Source: Candidatus Thioglobus sp.
GTDB lineage: Bacteria; Pseudomonadota; Gammaproteobacteria; PS1; Pseudothioglobaceae
DNA length: 59,774 bases
Direction of reading: 5' to 3'
NCBI RefSeq assembly: GCF_029243085.1
Contig: NZ_JAQWSS010000011.1
Span: forward strand, 1-59,774
The notes beneath the pieces were generated by a model, which was not told the origin of the DNA, did not search any database, and saw only the letters and a program-made list of their open reading frames with translations. Positions 7,579-17,250 of the stretch are shown piece by piece. A program made the translations under genes and the position numbers. Within the stretch, counting starts at the first letter, position 1; each line of letters opens with the position of its first letter.

Positions 7579-7890
7579 TTAGTCGTCTTCAGAGCAGAAT
7601 ACTGCTTGCATGTTAGCAACTAGTTTCAAAATTTTAGTATCTTTAACTTTGCATAAAATTTTATTACCATCACGCCGAGATTCAACAATATCTTTAGTTC
7701 TAAGAATATCAATGTGTTGTGAAATATTTGACTGTGAAGATCCAACTTGCTTAACAATCTCTAACACTGGCAGTTCATCATTTTTAAGTGCGCATAAAAT
7801 CTTTAAGCGCAATGGGTGTGCCATCGCTTTTAAAGCTTTGGTCGCCTTCTCAATATCTTCTTCTTTTTCCAACAAAGTCATTTCACTCAT
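7579..7890 (-). CDS. ArsR/SmtB regulator, BigR/SqrR-like (two Cys)
   Basis: LKAMAHPLRLKILC, SQSNISQH HTH, C-terminal AVFC. Confidence 0.85.
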   Translation of the reverse strand: MSEMTLLEKEEDIEKATKALKAMAHPLRLKILCALKNDELPVLEIVKQVGSSQSNISQHIDILRTKDIVESRRDGNKILCKVKDTKILKLVANMQAVFCSEDD

Positions 7891-7917
7891 TACTAATCCC
7901 CATTCATTCTTATTTAA

Positions 7918-8526
7918 TTAAATTCTGCCCAGCATGCCATAAACGCCATATCTTCTTGCCTTAATTACCACCATTCTTTGGTAATAATTAATTAAGCTGT
8001 CATGGTTAAGTGCAATATCAAAAATTTGCCACTTGCTAGTAGATTGACTCTTATGAAACGATAAATCAAGATTAAAGCCAAATCTAGAGTAACCACGCGC
8101 TTTAAGTTTTACAATGATGTTGCCGCCCATCACTGGTCTTGCGGAAATAAAATTAAACGAGCTTGAGCGACTCTGAGCTAATCTTGATAATAAAGTTGTA
8201 ATAATGTTTTGCTTTAATCTGTTTGAGAAAAATTTTGTTTCGTCTTCACTTAAGCTTACATTACTAACCAATAACACTTCATTGGCAATATGATCAAAAT
8301 CAAACAGTGGAGCGATTTCTGAATCAACTAAGAATTTCACCATTTGCGGTGAGTAGCTTGTTGCAGTTGTTAACTGGTTAAGTTTAACAATGGTTGATTG
8401 AATAGTTTGAACAGGGCCGTCTTCTGTTGTTTGTGTTGCTTCTGCCACAACCCCCTCTTCATTTGCATATACTACTGACGAAAGCAACACGCTTAATGCC
8501 AATAAAACAATATTCAATCTTTTCAT
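7918..8526 (-). CDS. MlaC/Ttg2D-like periplasmic phospholipid-binding protein
   Basis: Signal peptide from ATG 8526; IAPLFDFD and WQIFDI...SLINYY motifs. Confidence 0.65.
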   Translation of the reverse strand: MKRLNIVLLALSVLLSSVVYANEEGVVAEATQTTEDGPVQTIQSTIVKLNQLTTATSYSPQMVKFLVDSEIAPLFDFDHIANEVLLVSNVSLSEDETKFFSNRLKQNIITTLLSRLAQSRSSSFNFISARPVMGGNIIVKLKARGYSRFGFNLDLSFHKSQSTSKWQIFDIALNHDSLINYYQRMVVIKARRYGVYGMLGRI

Positions 8527-8628
8527 TTTTTCTCCATAACCTAAAAATAAAACCAAGTAAAATCCAAAATAACCCGTGGACATTTCACAGTATTATATTT
8601 AAACTTCTTATAAGCAAACAATTATATT

Positions 8629-9966
8629 ATGACTTTCTTTAACTTTTTTAAACGCTCTGTATTTTTAGTGGCTTTTTGCGCCTTTTTTACCACCACTCCA
8701 GCTTACGCTCAAACCGAAGCTGAAAAACAAAGACTGAATGATTTTTTCCAAGATTTAGAGTCATTCACTAAAGTTTTTAGCAACATTAAACAACTGTATG
8801 TTGACGAAGTTACTAATAAAGAATTATTCGAAGATGCAATTAAAGGCATGGTGACTGGTCTAGATCCTCACTCTAACTATCTAAAACCTAAGGAACAAAA
8901 AAATCTACTTGAAAGTGCTTCAGGTAAATTTGGTGGTCTAGGTATTGTGATTGGTATGAAAGATGACGCTATCCAAGTCATTTCCCCTATCGATGATACA
9001 CCCGCTTATCGAGCAGGTATTCAAGCGGGTGATCTGATTGTAAAAATTGGTGACAAGCCTGTACGCGACATGACACTAGAAGATGGCGTTAATCTGATGC
9101 GTGGCGAACCGGGTACAGATGTTCAAGTAACCATTGTACGTAAAAACAAAAAGCCATTTGTTGTTGATATTACACGTGAGATTATTACCATCACTTCAGT
9201 TAAAGGTTATATGCTAGAAAAAGATATTGGTTATATTCGTGTTTCCAGCTTTCAAAATCCAACCGCTGACTTGTTAAAAGAAACACTAGATAAATTGGTT
9301 GAGAAAAATGATGGATATTTAAAGTCGTTAATTCTTGATCTGAGGAATAATCCTGGTGGCGTATTAGAGGGTGCGGTTGATATCGCCAACTTATTTATTG
9401 ATAAAAAAGGTTTGGTGGTTTATACCGAAGGCCGCATTCCAAGCTCAAATCTTGAGTTTAAAACTGAGCCTGGTGACATCATGCTAGACTCTCCAATTGT
9501 GGTGCTAATCAACGAAGGCTCGGCCTCAGCCTCTGAGATTGTTGCTGGCGCTCTGCAAGATCATAAGCGGGCTGTTATCATGGGCAGCACTTCTTTTGGT
9601 AAAGGCTCTGTTCAAACCATTGTTGAGCTTGATGAAGGCTATGGTTTAAAAGTCACCACAGCGCGCTATTACACACCATCGGGCCGCTCTATTCAAGCCA
9701 AAGGTATTGAGCCAGACATTGCTTTAAAAAATATCAGCCTTGAAAATGAAAAAGAAGACAGTGTACTTGGCGATACCAAAGAAAGTGACTTGAATGGCCA
9801 CCTAGAAGTGGAAGACCCTTCCCAGTTATCTGATGAAGAAATCTTAACAGCACAAGAAAATAAAAAATCCGAAGAAGCTGAAAAAGCCATTGAAAAACTT
9901 AAGAAGGATTATTTTGTGCACGAGGCAACAAACCTATTGAAAGCCTTAACTGTTTTGGGTAAGTAG
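8629..9966 (+). CDS. ctpA: S41 C-terminal processing protease
   Basis: LDPHS, PDZ GLGI, DLRNNPGG, SASASEI, GKGSVQ. Confidence 0.93.
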   Translation: MTFFNFFKRSVFLVAFCAFFTTTPAYAQTEAEKQRLNDFFQDLESFTKVFSNIKQLYVDEVTNKELFEDAIKGMVTGLDPHSNYLKPKEQKNLLESASGKFGGLGIVIGMKDDAIQVISPIDDTPAYRAGIQAGDLIVKIGDKPVRDMTLEDGVNLMRGEPGTDVQVTIVRKNKKPFVVDITREIITITSVKGYMLEKDIGYIRVSSFQNPTADLLKETLDKLVEKNDGYLKSLILDLRNNPGGVLEGAVDIANLFIDKKGLVVYTEGRIPSSNLEFKTEPGDIMLDSPIVVLINEGSASASEIVAGALQDHKRAVIMGSTSFGKGSVQTIVELDEGYGLKVTTARYYTPSGRSIQAKGIEPDIALKNISLENEKEDSVLGDTKESDLNGHLEVEDPSQLSDEEILTAQENKKSEEAEKAIEKLKKDYFVHEATNLLKALTVLGK

Positions 9967-9969
9967 CGA

Positions 9970-10740
9970 ATGGCAATTGTTCTTTCAGTTGCAAATCAAA
10001 AAGGTGGCGTGGGTAAAACCACCACGGCTGTTAATTTGAGCGCCGCCCTGAAAGCCATAAATAAACGAGTATTACTGATTGATATAGACCCTCAAGGCAA
10101 TGCCACAATGGGTTGTGGTGTTGATAAATACACCTTAGAAAATTCTGTATGTGAGTTGCTATTAGACGAATGCAGCATTGGCGAGGCAACCGTACATGCC
10201 TCTAGTGTTGAGATTGATGTACTACCTTCTAACACCGATTTAATTGCTGCAGAAATCGCTCTACTCAAACGCGACAACTCAGAATACAAATTAAAAGAAG
10301 CGCTGGACAAAGTTAAAGACAAATACGATTATGTAGTGATCGATTGCCCGCCTTCGCTTAACATGCTGACAATTAACGCTTTTACTGCGTCTAATGGTAT
10401 CATCATCCCAATGCAATGTGAGTACTACGCCTTAGAGGGTTTAACTGCGCTCATACAAACCATTGAGAAAATCCAAGCCACCACCAACCCTGATTTGGAC
10501 ATTACAGGCATTATCCGCACTATGTTTGACACACGTAACAATTTGTCTAACGAGGTGTCAATTCAGTTATTACAGTATTTTTCGCACAAAGTATTTAAAA
10601 CAATCATCCCTAGAAATGTAAAATTAGCCGAAGCACCAAGTTTTGGTCAAGCGGCAATTAACTACGCTAGATCATCCAAAGGGGCAATTTCATACGTTTC
10701 ACTAGCAAGTGAAGTAATTAGAAAAACATCGATAAACTAA
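9970..10740 (+). CDS. parA: Chromosome partitioning ATPase ParA
   Basis: NQKGGVGKTT, DPQGN, DCPP, PRNVKLAEAPS. Confidence 0.96.
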   Translation: MAIVLSVANQKGGVGKTTTAVNLSAALKAINKRVLLIDIDPQGNATMGCGVDKYTLENSVCELLLDECSIGEATVHASSVEIDVLPSNTDLIAAEIALLKRDNSEYKLKEALDKVKDKYDYVVIDCPPSLNMLTINAFTASNGIIIPMQCEYYALEGLTALIQTIEKIQATTNPDLDITGIIRTMFDTRNNLSNEVSIQLLQYFSHKVFKTIIPRNVKLAEAPSFGQAAINYARSSKGAISYVSLASEVIRKTSIN

Positions 10741-10741
10741 A

Positions 10742-11590
10742 ATGGCAAAAATTTCAAAACTAGGTCGTGGATTAGATATTTTGCTGGGGCAAGTGTCTTC
10801 TGCAGATAATCAATCTAACTCCGAACACAACCTTAAATTACTGAGTGTTAACGCACTACAGCGTGGAAAATTCCAGCCTAGGGATGATATTGACCCTGAC
10901 ACGCTTAATGAGCTTGCTAATTCAATTACCTCGCAAGGCGTTATTCAGCCGCTGGTTGTTCGTAAAGTTACTTACGATAAGTACGAAATCATCGCTGGTG
11001 AAAGACGTTGGCGTGCAGCCAAAATCGCAGGCTTGGATGAAGTTCCAGCCATTGTTCGAGAGATTGATGACCAAGTTGCTTTGGCGATTGGCCTGATTGA
11101 AAACATTCAGCGTGAGTCGCTCACACCACTTGAAGAAGCCAAAGCACTTCAGAAATTGATTGAAGATTTTAAAATGACTCACGAAGAGATTTCTCACGTG
11201 GTGGGTCGTTCTCGTTCTGCCGTGAGTAATTTAATTCGTTTACTGCAACTAAATGAATCGGTTAAGCAGCTGCTAGGCAGTGGAAAAATAGAAATGGGCC
11301 ATGCGCGTGCATTATTACCCCTTAAAGAAGATCAGCAATTCGATGTAGCTAATCAGGTGATTCAGCGCTCTTTGTCGGTTCGCCAGACTGAAGATTTGGT
11401 TAAACGCGTACTCAATCCAAAGCCAAAAAAATCCACTGAAGTAGATCCTCACATTACATCATTAATGCAGTCTCTTAGCAAAACACTAGATTCAAAAACT
11501 GAGATAAAGCAAAACAACAACAAAGGTAAGATTATTATTCATTACTCATCTTCTGATGAGCTTAATAGCATCCTAAAACATATTAATTAA
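10742..11590 (+). CDS. parB: Chromosome partitioning protein ParB
   Basis: LGRGL, FQPR, IAGERRWRA, ENIQRE, HTH. Confidence 0.96.
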   Translation: MAKISKLGRGLDILLGQVSSADNQSNSEHNLKLLSVNALQRGKFQPRDDIDPDTLNELANSITSQGVIQPLVVRKVTYDKYEIIAGERRWRAAKIAGLDEVPAIVREIDDQVALAIGLIENIQRESLTPLEEAKALQKLIEDFKMTHEEISHVVGRSRSAVSNLIRLLQLNESVKQLLGSGKIEMGHARALLPLKEDQQFDVANQVIQRSLSVRQTEDLVKRVLNPKPKKSTEVDPHITSLMQSLSKTLDSKTEIKQNNNKGKIIIHYSSSDELNSILKHIN

Positions 11591-12474
11591 TCAAAGCCAC
11601 CGACTCTATCTAATTTTAAAGAGTCGTCGTAATGCATCCAAATACCGAAGGCTTTACCAATAATATACTCTTCTGGTACAAATCCCCAAAAACGAGAATC
11701 GCTACTACGAGCGCGGTTATCGCCCATCACAAAGTAATGCCCTGCTGGCACTCTTAGCTCAGGTGTAGATTGAGAATGGCGCTCTGGATCTAGCAAGATA
11801 TCATGTGGGTTGTTATCTAGTTGTTCGCGCTTATGTGTAAAGCCCGTCATCTGTACGCCTGACTCAACACCTTGGTAAGTGCCCAAGTCTTGATAAGCGA
11901 TCTTTTCTTCATTAACGCGAAGATGGTCTGACGAATAACTAATAACATCGCCGGGTAAGCCAACCACACGCTTAATAAAATCAGCGCCTTTATAGTCTGA
12001 ATTTTTTTCATAGTTCGGATATCTGAAAACAACAACATCGCCTCGCTCTGGTTTTTTAAATTCAACAATTTTCTTATTAAGCACCGGCAAGCTAATGCCG
12101 TAATCAAACTTACTTACCAAAATAAAATCACCTGTTAATAAAGTTGGCATCATTGAGTTTGATGGGATTCTAAACGGCTCTACAACAAAACCTCTAAGCA
12201 AAAATACCAACAACAATACTGGATAAAATTCAGCTGACCACTGTACTAACTTAGGGCGGTGAAGATATTTTTCTGACTTATTAAATCTTAAAAAACAAAC
12301 AAAATAGAACCACTTTCCAATAAATGATTTCTTCTTCTGCTGGTCTATTTTCGCACTCGAATTACCACCAAATAAAGCGTCAACAAAAACAATGGTAAAG
12401 GCAATAACTAAAAATAATGCCAAGTAAGAAGAGACGTCCCAAGCAAAAAATGATGATGCGTTTTCAATAGTCAT
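11587..12474 (-). CDS. lepB: Signal peptidase I
   Basis: PS.SMMPTL..GD, IKRVVG.PGD, MGDNR..S.DSR; likely start ATG 12474. Confidence 0.95.
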   Translation of the reverse strand: MTIENASSFFAWDVSSYLALFLVIAFTIVFVDALFGGNSSAKIDQQKKKSFIGKWFYFVCFLRFNKSEKYLHRPKLVQWSAEFYPVLLLVFLLRGFVVEPFRIPSNSMMPTLLTGDFILVSKFDYGISLPVLNKKIVEFKKPERGDVVVFRYPNYEKNSDYKGADFIKRVVGLPGDVISYSSDHLRVNEEKIAYQDLGTYQGVESGVQMTGFTHKREQLDNNPHDILLDPERHSQSTPELRVPAGHYFVMGDNRARSSDSRFWGFVPEEYIIGKAFGIWMHYDDSLKLDRVGGFD

Positions 12475-12552
12475 AATAAAAAAGTGGTAAATTATAAAAA
12501 AGGATATTATATAATGTTTCTTTTTATAGTTTTTCACATTGGAGAAAGTTAG

Positions 12553-12879
12553 ATGGCATTAGCTGATTTAGAAAGAGACGATCATGGTTACTTAGTTGAC
12601 CTTAACGCATGGAATGAAGATATCGCTGCAGAATTTGCAGAAGAGGAAGGTGTTAACCTGACTGACGAAAGTTTTAAATTAATTAACTTCTTGCGTGATG
12701 AGTACATCAATAACAACGCTAACCAGCCAAATGAGCGCAACATGGTTAAAGGCTTGAAAGGCGATTGGGATGGTAAATTAACCACTAAAGAGTTATACAC
12801 TTTATTCCCTAAAGGTCCTGCTAAACAAGCTGGAAAGATTGCAGGTTTGCCAGAGACAAAACGTAAAGGCGGCTACTAG
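12553..12879 (+). CDS. DsrC/TusE-family protein lacking cysteines (RspA-type)
   Basis: D.HGYL....W, LY.LFP.GPAKQA.KIAGLP; ends KRKGGY with no Cys anywhere. Confidence 0.88.
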   Translation: MALADLERDDHGYLVDLNAWNEDIAAEFAEEEGVNLTDESFKLINFLRDEYINNNANQPNERNMVKGLKGDWDGKLTTKELYTLFPKGPAKQAGKIAGLPETKRKGGY

Positions 12880-12905
12880 GATTTTTTTAAAAATTCTGTA
12901 AAAGC

Positions 12906-12932
12906 AAAAAGGCGCTCAATGAGCGCCTTTTT
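12906..12932. terminator. Bidirectional intrinsic terminator
   Basis: AAAAAGGCGCTCA-A-TGAGCGCCTTTTT between convergent genes. Confidence 0.88.
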
Positions 12933-12947
12933 ATCGTCTAAAAGTCT

Positions 12948-14249
12948 TTATACTTCTGTAATATCCATACCAGCAGAGTTGGATAATTCGACAAAATTTG
13001 GGAATGAAGTCATTACATTATCTACACCATTAATTTCAATTGGATGGTTACATCGTAAAGATGCCACAGCAAATGACATTGATATACGATGATCATGATG
13101 TGATTCAATCATATCGGTTGGTTTTTGAAAAACACCGCCTTGGATTTTAATACCGTCTTCCAGTACCTCGTTTTTAATGCCTAGGATATCTAAACCGTCT
13201 GCCATCACTTGAATTCTATCCGACTCTTTAACACGCAACTCTTTTGCACCTGTTAGCACTGTTTCGCCCTGGGCGCAACTCGCAGCAATAAATACTGCTG
13301 GAAACTCATCAATCGCCAATGGAACTAAATCTTCCGGAATCTGAATGCCTTTTAATTCTGATGATTGGATACGAATATCAGCTAACAATTCACCGCCAAT
13401 TTCACGCTCGTTTGACAAAGTAAGGTTTGCGCCCATTAGTTGCAAGATATTAATCACACCTGTACGTGTCGGATTAACATTAACACCTGTTAAAGTCACA
13501 TCAGACTGTGGTGCAATCGCTGCAGCCACCATAAAGAATGCTGATGAAGAGATATCACTTGGTACTTGAATTTCAGTTGCTGTTAGTTCACCGCCACCAG
13601 TTAAACACATTTTGTTGTTATCAACATTAACCTCATAACCCAAGCCTTTTAACATGCGCTCGGTATGATCACGTGTTGGTGCTGGCTCAGTAACACATGT
13701 TTGCCCCTGCGCGTATAACCCAGCCAATAACACACAAGACTTTACTTGTGCAGAGGCTACTGGTAGGTCATATGTAATACCTTTAAGTGGTTGCCCACCT
13801 TTAATCTTGAGTGGTGGCTTACCATCGTTACTATCAATCACTGCACCCATCTCAGTCAATGGGTTAATAACTCTACCCATTGGGCGCTTTGAAAGTGATT
13901 CGTCACCAATCAGCTCACAATCAAAATTCTGTGCAGCTAAGATACCTGACATAAGTCGAATAGAAGTGCCGGAGTTGCCCAAATCAAGTGGCTCTGAAGG
14001 TTTCTTTAAACCATTGATACCAACACCATAAATAGTAACATTGTCACCTTCACGCTCAATTTTAACGCCCATTGCCTGAAAAGCCTTCAAGGTAGACAAG
14101 GCATCCTCACCTTCTAAAAAACCAGTTACTTTAGTAATGCCATCGGCCAATGACCCCAGCATGATAGAGCGGTGAGAGATTGACTTATCGCCCGGTACTT
14201 TAAGGTTGCCTGACAATGAATGTGCCGGTTTGGCAATAAATTTACTCAT
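12948..14249 (-). CDS. aroA: EPSP synthase
   Basis: PGDKSISHR, GNSGT, SAQVKS, RDHTE, KESDR. Confidence 0.98.
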   Translation of the reverse strand: MSKFIAKPAHSLSGNLKVPGDKSISHRSIMLGSLADGITKVTGFLEGEDALSTLKAFQAMGVKIEREGDNVTIYGVGINGLKKPSEPLDLGNSGTSIRLMSGILAAQNFDCELIGDESLSKRPMGRVINPLTEMGAVIDSNDGKPPLKIKGGQPLKGITYDLPVASAQVKSCVLLAGLYAQGQTCVTEPAPTRDHTERMLKGLGYEVNVDNNKMCLTGGGELTATEIQVPSDISSSAFFMVAAAIAPQSDVTLTGVNVNPTRTGVINILQLMGANLTLSNEREIGGELLADIRIQSSELKGIQIPEDLVPLAIDEFPAVFIAASCAQGETVLTGAKELRVKESDRIQVMADGLDILGIKNEVLEDGIKIQGGVFQKPTDMIESHHDHRISMSFAVASLRCNHPIEINGVDNVMTSFPNFVELSNSAGMDITEV

Positions 14250-14251
14250 AC

Positions 14252-15106
14252 TTAATCTTTAATCCATTCATCTCGTGCAGTTTTTGCCTCTGAGAATAAT
14301 TTTTCTAATGCGTCTGATTCATTGCTTTCAATTAAACCAGATAAGTTATCTAACACCTGCTGGTAGCCTTGAATGTGTTTGACAATGTCTGCTGAATTAT
14401 TAAGGCAGATATCACGCCACATAACAGCATCGGATGAAGCAATACGTGAAAAATCTTTAAACCCACCTGCCGCATAATCACAGGCATCTGGGTTACTTTT
14501 AACCAAATAGTCCATCAGCCCAAAGGCCAGCATATGTGGTAAATGTGATGTCATTGCTAATAAATCATCGTGTTTTTGGTGTGTCATGGTTTCTACTTTT
14601 GCTCCTAATATTGTCCACATCTTTGAGACTGCTTCTAGTGCTTTTGTATCAGCATTTTCTTCTGGTGTTAGTATCACACGTTTGTGATTAAATAGCTCGC
14701 CATCACTCGCTTCTACACCACTTTTTTCTTTGCCAGCAATTGGGTGTGCGGGGATAAATCTTGACGGCACCTCGCCAAAAACCTCTTTCGCAACAGCAAC
14801 CACACTACCCTTGGTACTGCCCACATCTGAGATAACAACCGAATCGTCAATATATGGTTTAATCATCTCTAAAACCGCGGCAAAACTATTTACCGGTGTG
14901 GCAATAAGCACCATATCTACGCCTTTTAAAGCAATGGCAATATCTAAACTATAGTCATCAATCACATTCAGTGATTTTGCTTTGATAAGGTTTTCTTCGT
15001 TACGGCCAAAACCAATAATGCTTTTAATTTGACCAGACTGTTTTAATCCTGCGGCAAATGACCCGCCTATGAGTCCAACACCAATAATGCAGATATTATT
15101 AATCAT
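14252..15106 (-). CDS. tyrA: Prephenate/arogenate dehydrogenase
   Basis: GVGLIGGS, DVGSTK, HPIAG, SHLPH. Confidence 0.93.
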   Translation of the reverse strand: MINNICIIGVGLIGGSFAAGLKQSGQIKSIIGFGRNEENLIKAKSLNVIDDYSLDIAIALKGVDMVLIATPVNSFAAVLEMIKPYIDDSVVISDVGSTKGSVVAVAKEVFGEVPSRFIPAHPIAGKEKSGVEASDGELFNHKRVILTPEENADTKALEAVSKMWTILGAKVETMTHQKHDDLLAMTSHLPHMLAFGLMDYLVKSNPDACDYAAGGFKDFSRIASSDAVMWRDICLNNSADIVKHIQGYQQVLDNLSGLIESNESDALEKLFSEAKTARDEWIKD

Positions 15107-16167
15107 AAGGCGGATTTTAATGCAGAGAGGAATTCTTCATTTTCATTTCTTGTGCCGACTGAAACACGTAAATAGCCTTTCATTTCAACGGGGCGTACAA
15201 TAAAACCCTTTTCTAATAATTTTTGGTAAGTCGCTCCAGCATCTTTAACTTTAACTGATACAAAATTCGCATGCGACGGAATATAAGACAAACGCAAATG
15301 ATCAAATCCTTGTGAGAGTTGTAATAAGCCATTTTTATTTGCAGACACCGATCGAACCAAAAACGCTCCGTCTGCTAAAGCAGCTATTGCAGCATTTTGC
15401 GCAATGTGATTAACGTTAAAAGGCTGTCGAATACGGTTTAAATAATCTGCAACTTGAGGGTGGGATATTGAATAACCAACTCTCAAACCAGCCAAACCGT
15501 AAGCTTTAGAAAAGGTACGAGTAATGATTAAATTGTCAAATTCTTCCAACCAGTTGATTGTAATATCACTTGCATCTAAATACTCAATATAAGCCTGATC
15601 CAGCACCACAATAATCGAGCTTGGTACCTTAGATAAAAAGCCGTAAATTTCCTCGTTACTTAGTAGTGTTCCAGTTGGATTATTTGGATTGGCAATAAAA
15701 ATTAGCTTGGTATTATCGGTAATTGCGCCAAACATCGCATCAAGATCGTGGCCAAATTTATTGGCCGGTGTAACCACCGCACTTGCACCTAAAGCCTGAG
15801 TTACTAAAGGATAAACCACAAATGCGTATTGTGAAAAAATCACCTCGTCTTCCGCTTGACAAACATACGCTCTAGCTACTAATTCTAAAATATCATTTGA
15901 ACCATTGCCTAAGGTAATGCCATCGACTGTAACTGACAAATGCTCAGCAATCGCTCGTTTAAGTTCAAAGCCATTACCATCTGGGTATCGACTAATTTCA
16001 CTACTGGCTTGTTGTATCGCATCTAGTGCCTTAGGCCCTGGACCCAAAGGGTTCTCATTGCTAGCAAGCTTAACCACGTGATCTAAACCTAGCTCACGTT
16101 GCAGCTCGCTAATGGGCTTGCCACCCTGATATGGACTCAGGGAGAGTATAGACTCACAAACACTCAT
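15103..16167 (-). CDS. hisC: Histidinol-phosphate aminotransferase
   Basis: LASNENPLG, NPNNPTG, RTFSKAYGLAGLRVG. Confidence 0.94.
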   Translation of the reverse strand: MSVCESILSLSPYQGGKPISELQRELGLDHVVKLASNENPLGPGPKALDAIQQASSEISRYPDGNGFELKRAIAEHLSVTVDGITLGNGSNDILELVARAYVCQAEDEVIFSQYAFVVYPLVTQALGASAVVTPANKFGHDLDAMFGAITDNTKLIFIANPNNPTGTLLSNEEIYGFLSKVPSSIIVVLDQAYIEYLDASDITINWLEEFDNLIITRTFSKAYGLAGLRVGYSISHPQVADYLNRIRQPFNVNHIAQNAAIAALADGAFLVRSVSANKNGLLQLSQGFDHLRLSYIPSHANFVSVKVKDAGATYQKLLEKGFIVRPVEMKGYLRVSVGTRNENEEFLSALKSAL

Positions 16168-17243
16168 AAAACAGCGACTGGGTACGATCCTAAAATATCA
16201 ACTTTTAGCACCCTTTGTGCAACCTGATCTAACGCAGTTTTCACATGATCTTCTTGTTGATGGCCTTCAATATCGATCAGGAATAAGTACTCCCATTTCA
16301 CTCCAGGAATTGGGTGGCGTGCCAATTGCAGCATATTGATACCTTGATCCTTAAAAGGTGCGAGCAAATCTAGCAACGCACCAGATTCGTGTTTGGTAAC
16401 AATCAACATAGAAGTTTTGTCTTTACCTGAAGGTGCAACCTCTTCGTTACCAAGTATCAAGAAACGCGTAACGTTGCCTGTTTTGTCTTCGATATTTTTA
16501 GCCACTCTTTCTAAACTGTATAGGCTTAGCGCTGCCTCTGATGCAATTGCTGCTGAATTCGGCTCATCTTTGACAATACGTGCTGCCAAAGCGTTAGAAG
16601 CCACCGGCCTTAGCTCGGCATTCGGATGATGATTACTCAACCAGCGTTGGCACTGATCGAGTGCTTGCTGATGCGCATAAATCGTTTTAATTTCCCTAGA
16701 CTGGTCTGCCATCATCAACTGATGTTGGATAGATATCTCAACCTCACCACAAATTTTCAAACCCTGAGAGTACAGCATATCAACTGTACCACCAATCACA
16801 CCATTTGAAGAGTTTTCAATCGGAACCACGCCATAATGCGCGTTGCCCTTTTCAACTTGATGGAAAATTTCATCAATACTACCACAATCAAGTGTTGATA
16901 CCGCATGGCCAAAATGCTTTAATGCAGCTTCCTGGGTAAAGGTGCCTTCAGGTCCTAAATAAGCAATATTAAGGGGCTGCTCTAGGGCAAGGCAAGCCGA
17001 CATAATCTCACGGAAAATGTGTGCCATATCCTTGTCTTTAAGCAAATTATCGTTACGATCAATAATCTTACGTAACACTTGAGCTTCACGCTCAGGACGG
17101 TAAAAAACACTTTGATCTTCTGAAGCTTTTTTAACCTCAGCTACCGCCGAGGCAAGCTGAGCACGTGCGCCGATGAGCGACTGAATCTCTTTATCCAGCG
17201 CATCAATTTCAACCCTTAGTTCATCCAGTGTTTTTTTAGCCAT
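16164..17243 (-). CDS. pheA: Chorismate mutase/prephenate dehydratase
   Basis: AroQ N-terminal domain (YRPERE), YLGPEGTF, PIENS, TRF. Confidence 0.96.
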   Translation of the reverse strand: MAKKTLDELRVEIDALDKEIQSLIGARAQLASAVAEVKKASEDQSVFYRPEREAQVLRKIIDRNDNLLKDKDMAHIFREIMSACLALEQPLNIAYLGPEGTFTQEAALKHFGHAVSTLDCGSIDEIFHQVEKGNAHYGVVPIENSSNGVIGGTVDMLYSQGLKICGEVEISIQHQLMMADQSREIKTIYAHQQALDQCQRWLSNHHPNAELRPVASNALAARIVKDEPNSAAIASEAALSLYSLERVAKNIEDKTGNVTRFLILGNEEVAPSGKDKTSMLIVTKHESGALLDLLAPFKDQGINMLQLARHPIPGVKWEYLFLIDIEGHQQEDHVKTALDQVAQRVLKVDILGSYPVAVL

Positions 17244-17250
17244 TTTTTGT

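Noticed and set aside
7610-7921. 103-aa + strand ORF, and the many other short ORFs overlapping core genes
   Set aside because: Antisense or alternate-frame shadows of well-supported genes
9970-11590. parAB as a sign of a plasmid or prophage, or a nearby parS
   Set aside because: Chromosomal-type ParA/ParB among core genes; no TGTTTCACGTGAAACA-like site noticed by eye
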